Assembly (NCBI GenBank): GCA_963693365.1
Contig: CAVNZM010000004.1
Location: 2,626,389 to 2,690,388 of the forward strand
From: Amoebidium appalachense
Taxonomy: Eukaryota > Protista > Ichthyosporea
Direction of reading: 5' to 3'
Length of the DNA: 64,000 nt
Shown: piece by piece, positions 61,979 to 64,000 of the stretch
How positions within the stretch are numbered: position 1 is the first letter of the stretch
Layout: each line of letters begins with the position of its first letter
Translations under genes and position numbers: made by a program
The notes under the pieces: generated by a model
Databases searched by the model: none
Seen by the model: the letters and a program-made list of their open reading frames with translations, nothing else
Told to the model about the DNA's origin: nothing

Positions 61979-62735
61979 GTGTGCGGTTAGAGGTGGGGGG
62001 GGGGGGGGGGGGGGGGGGGTCCTGTGTGGGTGCTTGCCGCTGCATAACCCCCGGCACCAAACTGTGATGGTGCAGCAAAAAAGTAGTCAATGCCCCCAAA
62101 AGAACGTCTAGAGCCCACATGCCCACTACCATCACATGACGCACACACTGTCACACACAACACACCATGACAACCACCGTAGGAGCAGAAACAACATCAA
62201 CGGCAACACCAGGTGGAAAACTTTGGCAACGTCAAAAAAAAGGTAAAACTTAAGTAAAATAGCGTAAAACAATGGATTCAGATCACTTTGTTTCTTGTCC
62301 ACTTTACTGTTACCAGGTTAGCTTACTGATTGGACACATCAGAGGGTGTGCGCGTGCCCGTGTTTGGGGGGGAGGGGGCGGAGGGGAGGCATGTTCAAGC
62401 ACACACAACACAAAACCGTGAAATAACACAGTGTCACGTGCATTATTTCTTCTCGAGAGTGACACCGATAATTTCATAACAAACCACCCACACCATGCTC
62501 AAAATATTTCCCATCCCGTGGAAACACACACCGATTATCCGTGCACACCCACCACCTACCCTCCCACAAAAAATGCAAAAATGGTGCCGGTGCATATCCA
62601 TAAATCCACACCCACACACTACACCCATCTACCCAAACCTGTCTCATGTTCACTCTGCCCCCTCCCTTCCCCTCCCGCCGTCCCCCTTCCCCCCGCAACA
62701 CACACACACACAAACATACGCACACACACACACGG

Positions 62736-62766
<31 letters not shown>

Positions 62767-62769
62767 CAC

Positions 62770-62817
<48 letters not shown>

Positions 62818-64000
62818 GCACGCACGCACGCACGCATGCACGCACGCACACACACACACACACACCTCACACGTCAAACTCATCCATCCCCTCCGGATTC
62901 CCCATGCAAGCACACATTCCCAAACACACGTGCCCTAATACACATACCCATATGCATGCATTCTAGTGCAGTTTCGTGAAAATTTGTGGTACGTGCACCA
63001 TGTAGGATGTTTTGCGCTATTCACTTCCCTTGTGCTTTATCATTTGTGAGTAGTAATTTGGGGGAGAAGAGAGGCTCAAAGGCAGAAAATCAAGCAAAAC
63101 ACGGAATTTCAAATGTTGCATAGGCAAGTGAGAGTGCAGAGTTTCCCCTTTCTATTGACCTTGCCTTCCAATCTGCCGTCTCTTAATTGAACAAAGGAAG
63201 AGCGTAGAAACGTAAAGAGTTAAGAAACACCTCGCTAGCAAACTAGTTTGGGAAGGAGAGAAGCGGGAAAGAGATCTGAAAATGTCCAGAAGGGAAAAGT
63301 TAACTAAAAATGGCCCGAAGAAGTTTGAAAGGGCACCGAGTGAATTTTTAGGGGGCGCAACCTATCTCAAAAATGTGACATATCAAACGCCTCAGGTTCA
63401 AGGGGAAAAAGAGAAGAAAATTTTGGCATAAGATGGAAACAGAAGAATCAAACCAAACACAAGACTCATTTCTTTTCCTCGCATATGACAATTGAAGAGC
63501 ACCGAAGAAAACCGACGATTAACAGGGTAAAAGAAAGACGTCAATGTAGGGGAAACAGTGCTTAGGGTGCACCAAATTGAGGCACTAGGTAAAACAGCTT
63601 TAGGGTCAGTCATCAACCATACAAAAAAATTAGGCAAAGAACCCATAACACGGTGGTGATGGCCTCTGTGGCTCCTGGAAGGCACACACACCCACATCTT
63701 TCAAGCACTGGTGTTGAAAGTAGGCAGGAGAGAAAAAAAACGACCCAAGGCAGGTGTAGCTTTCGTTTTGAAAAAAAAAAGGGAAACAGAACTTTTAAAT
63801 GAACAAGGAAAAAGGTGAAGTGGGAGTGAATAAACGAGGACTTACAGGGTTTCTGGTGTTATCTGGGCAGCTGTAAAGCGAACTTCGAAAAGTATGTCAT
63901 ATGCATACGACTACAACACGTGTGTCAGACAACACCATGGCCAAATAAATTTCAACCTTTATAAATATATCACATGAAACAATACACATGAAAACGGCGT

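Overview
Eukaryotic genomic DNA from a non-animal, probably unicellular organism (spliceosomal introns, a P-type IIIA H+-ATPase, a PHO80-type cyclin; an ichthyosporean-like protist is a guess only). Introns and intergenic DNA are saturated with G/C homopolymers and (CA)n/(TG)n, (CT)n microsatellites, which produce most of the spurious ORFs in the track. Genes read by hand: the 3' end of an unknown gene (1-~1560, +); a 10-exon plasma-membrane H+-ATPase (4188-10417, -); a ~17-exon WD40 protein with a WDR76/Cmr1-like N-terminal motif (13048-28380, +); a spliced, stop-interrupted gene ending in a giant-virus/cyanobacterial-type PD-(D/E)XK nuclease-like domain (29598-30721, -); an intronless PHO80/Pcl-like cyclin (41418-42170, +); and a tandemly duplicated PB1-like/coiled-coil gene (intact copy 48212-54036, frameshifted truncated copy ~58960-61978, both -). 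Mobile or repeat DNA: a truncated LINE RT fragment, two ultra-short hAT-type elements (38 and 78 bp), a degenerate foldback element, a 4x~100 bp tandem array that looks like a repeated exon+intron unit, and a dispersed ~100-210 bp structured repeat found sense-oriented in introns and often ending in poly(C). Most interesting leads: microsatellite-built splice sites with complementary (GT)n/(CA)n intron ends, the intronic structured repeat family, and the intron-containing viral-type nuclease gene. All gene models and family calls are manual readings with no RNA or database support.
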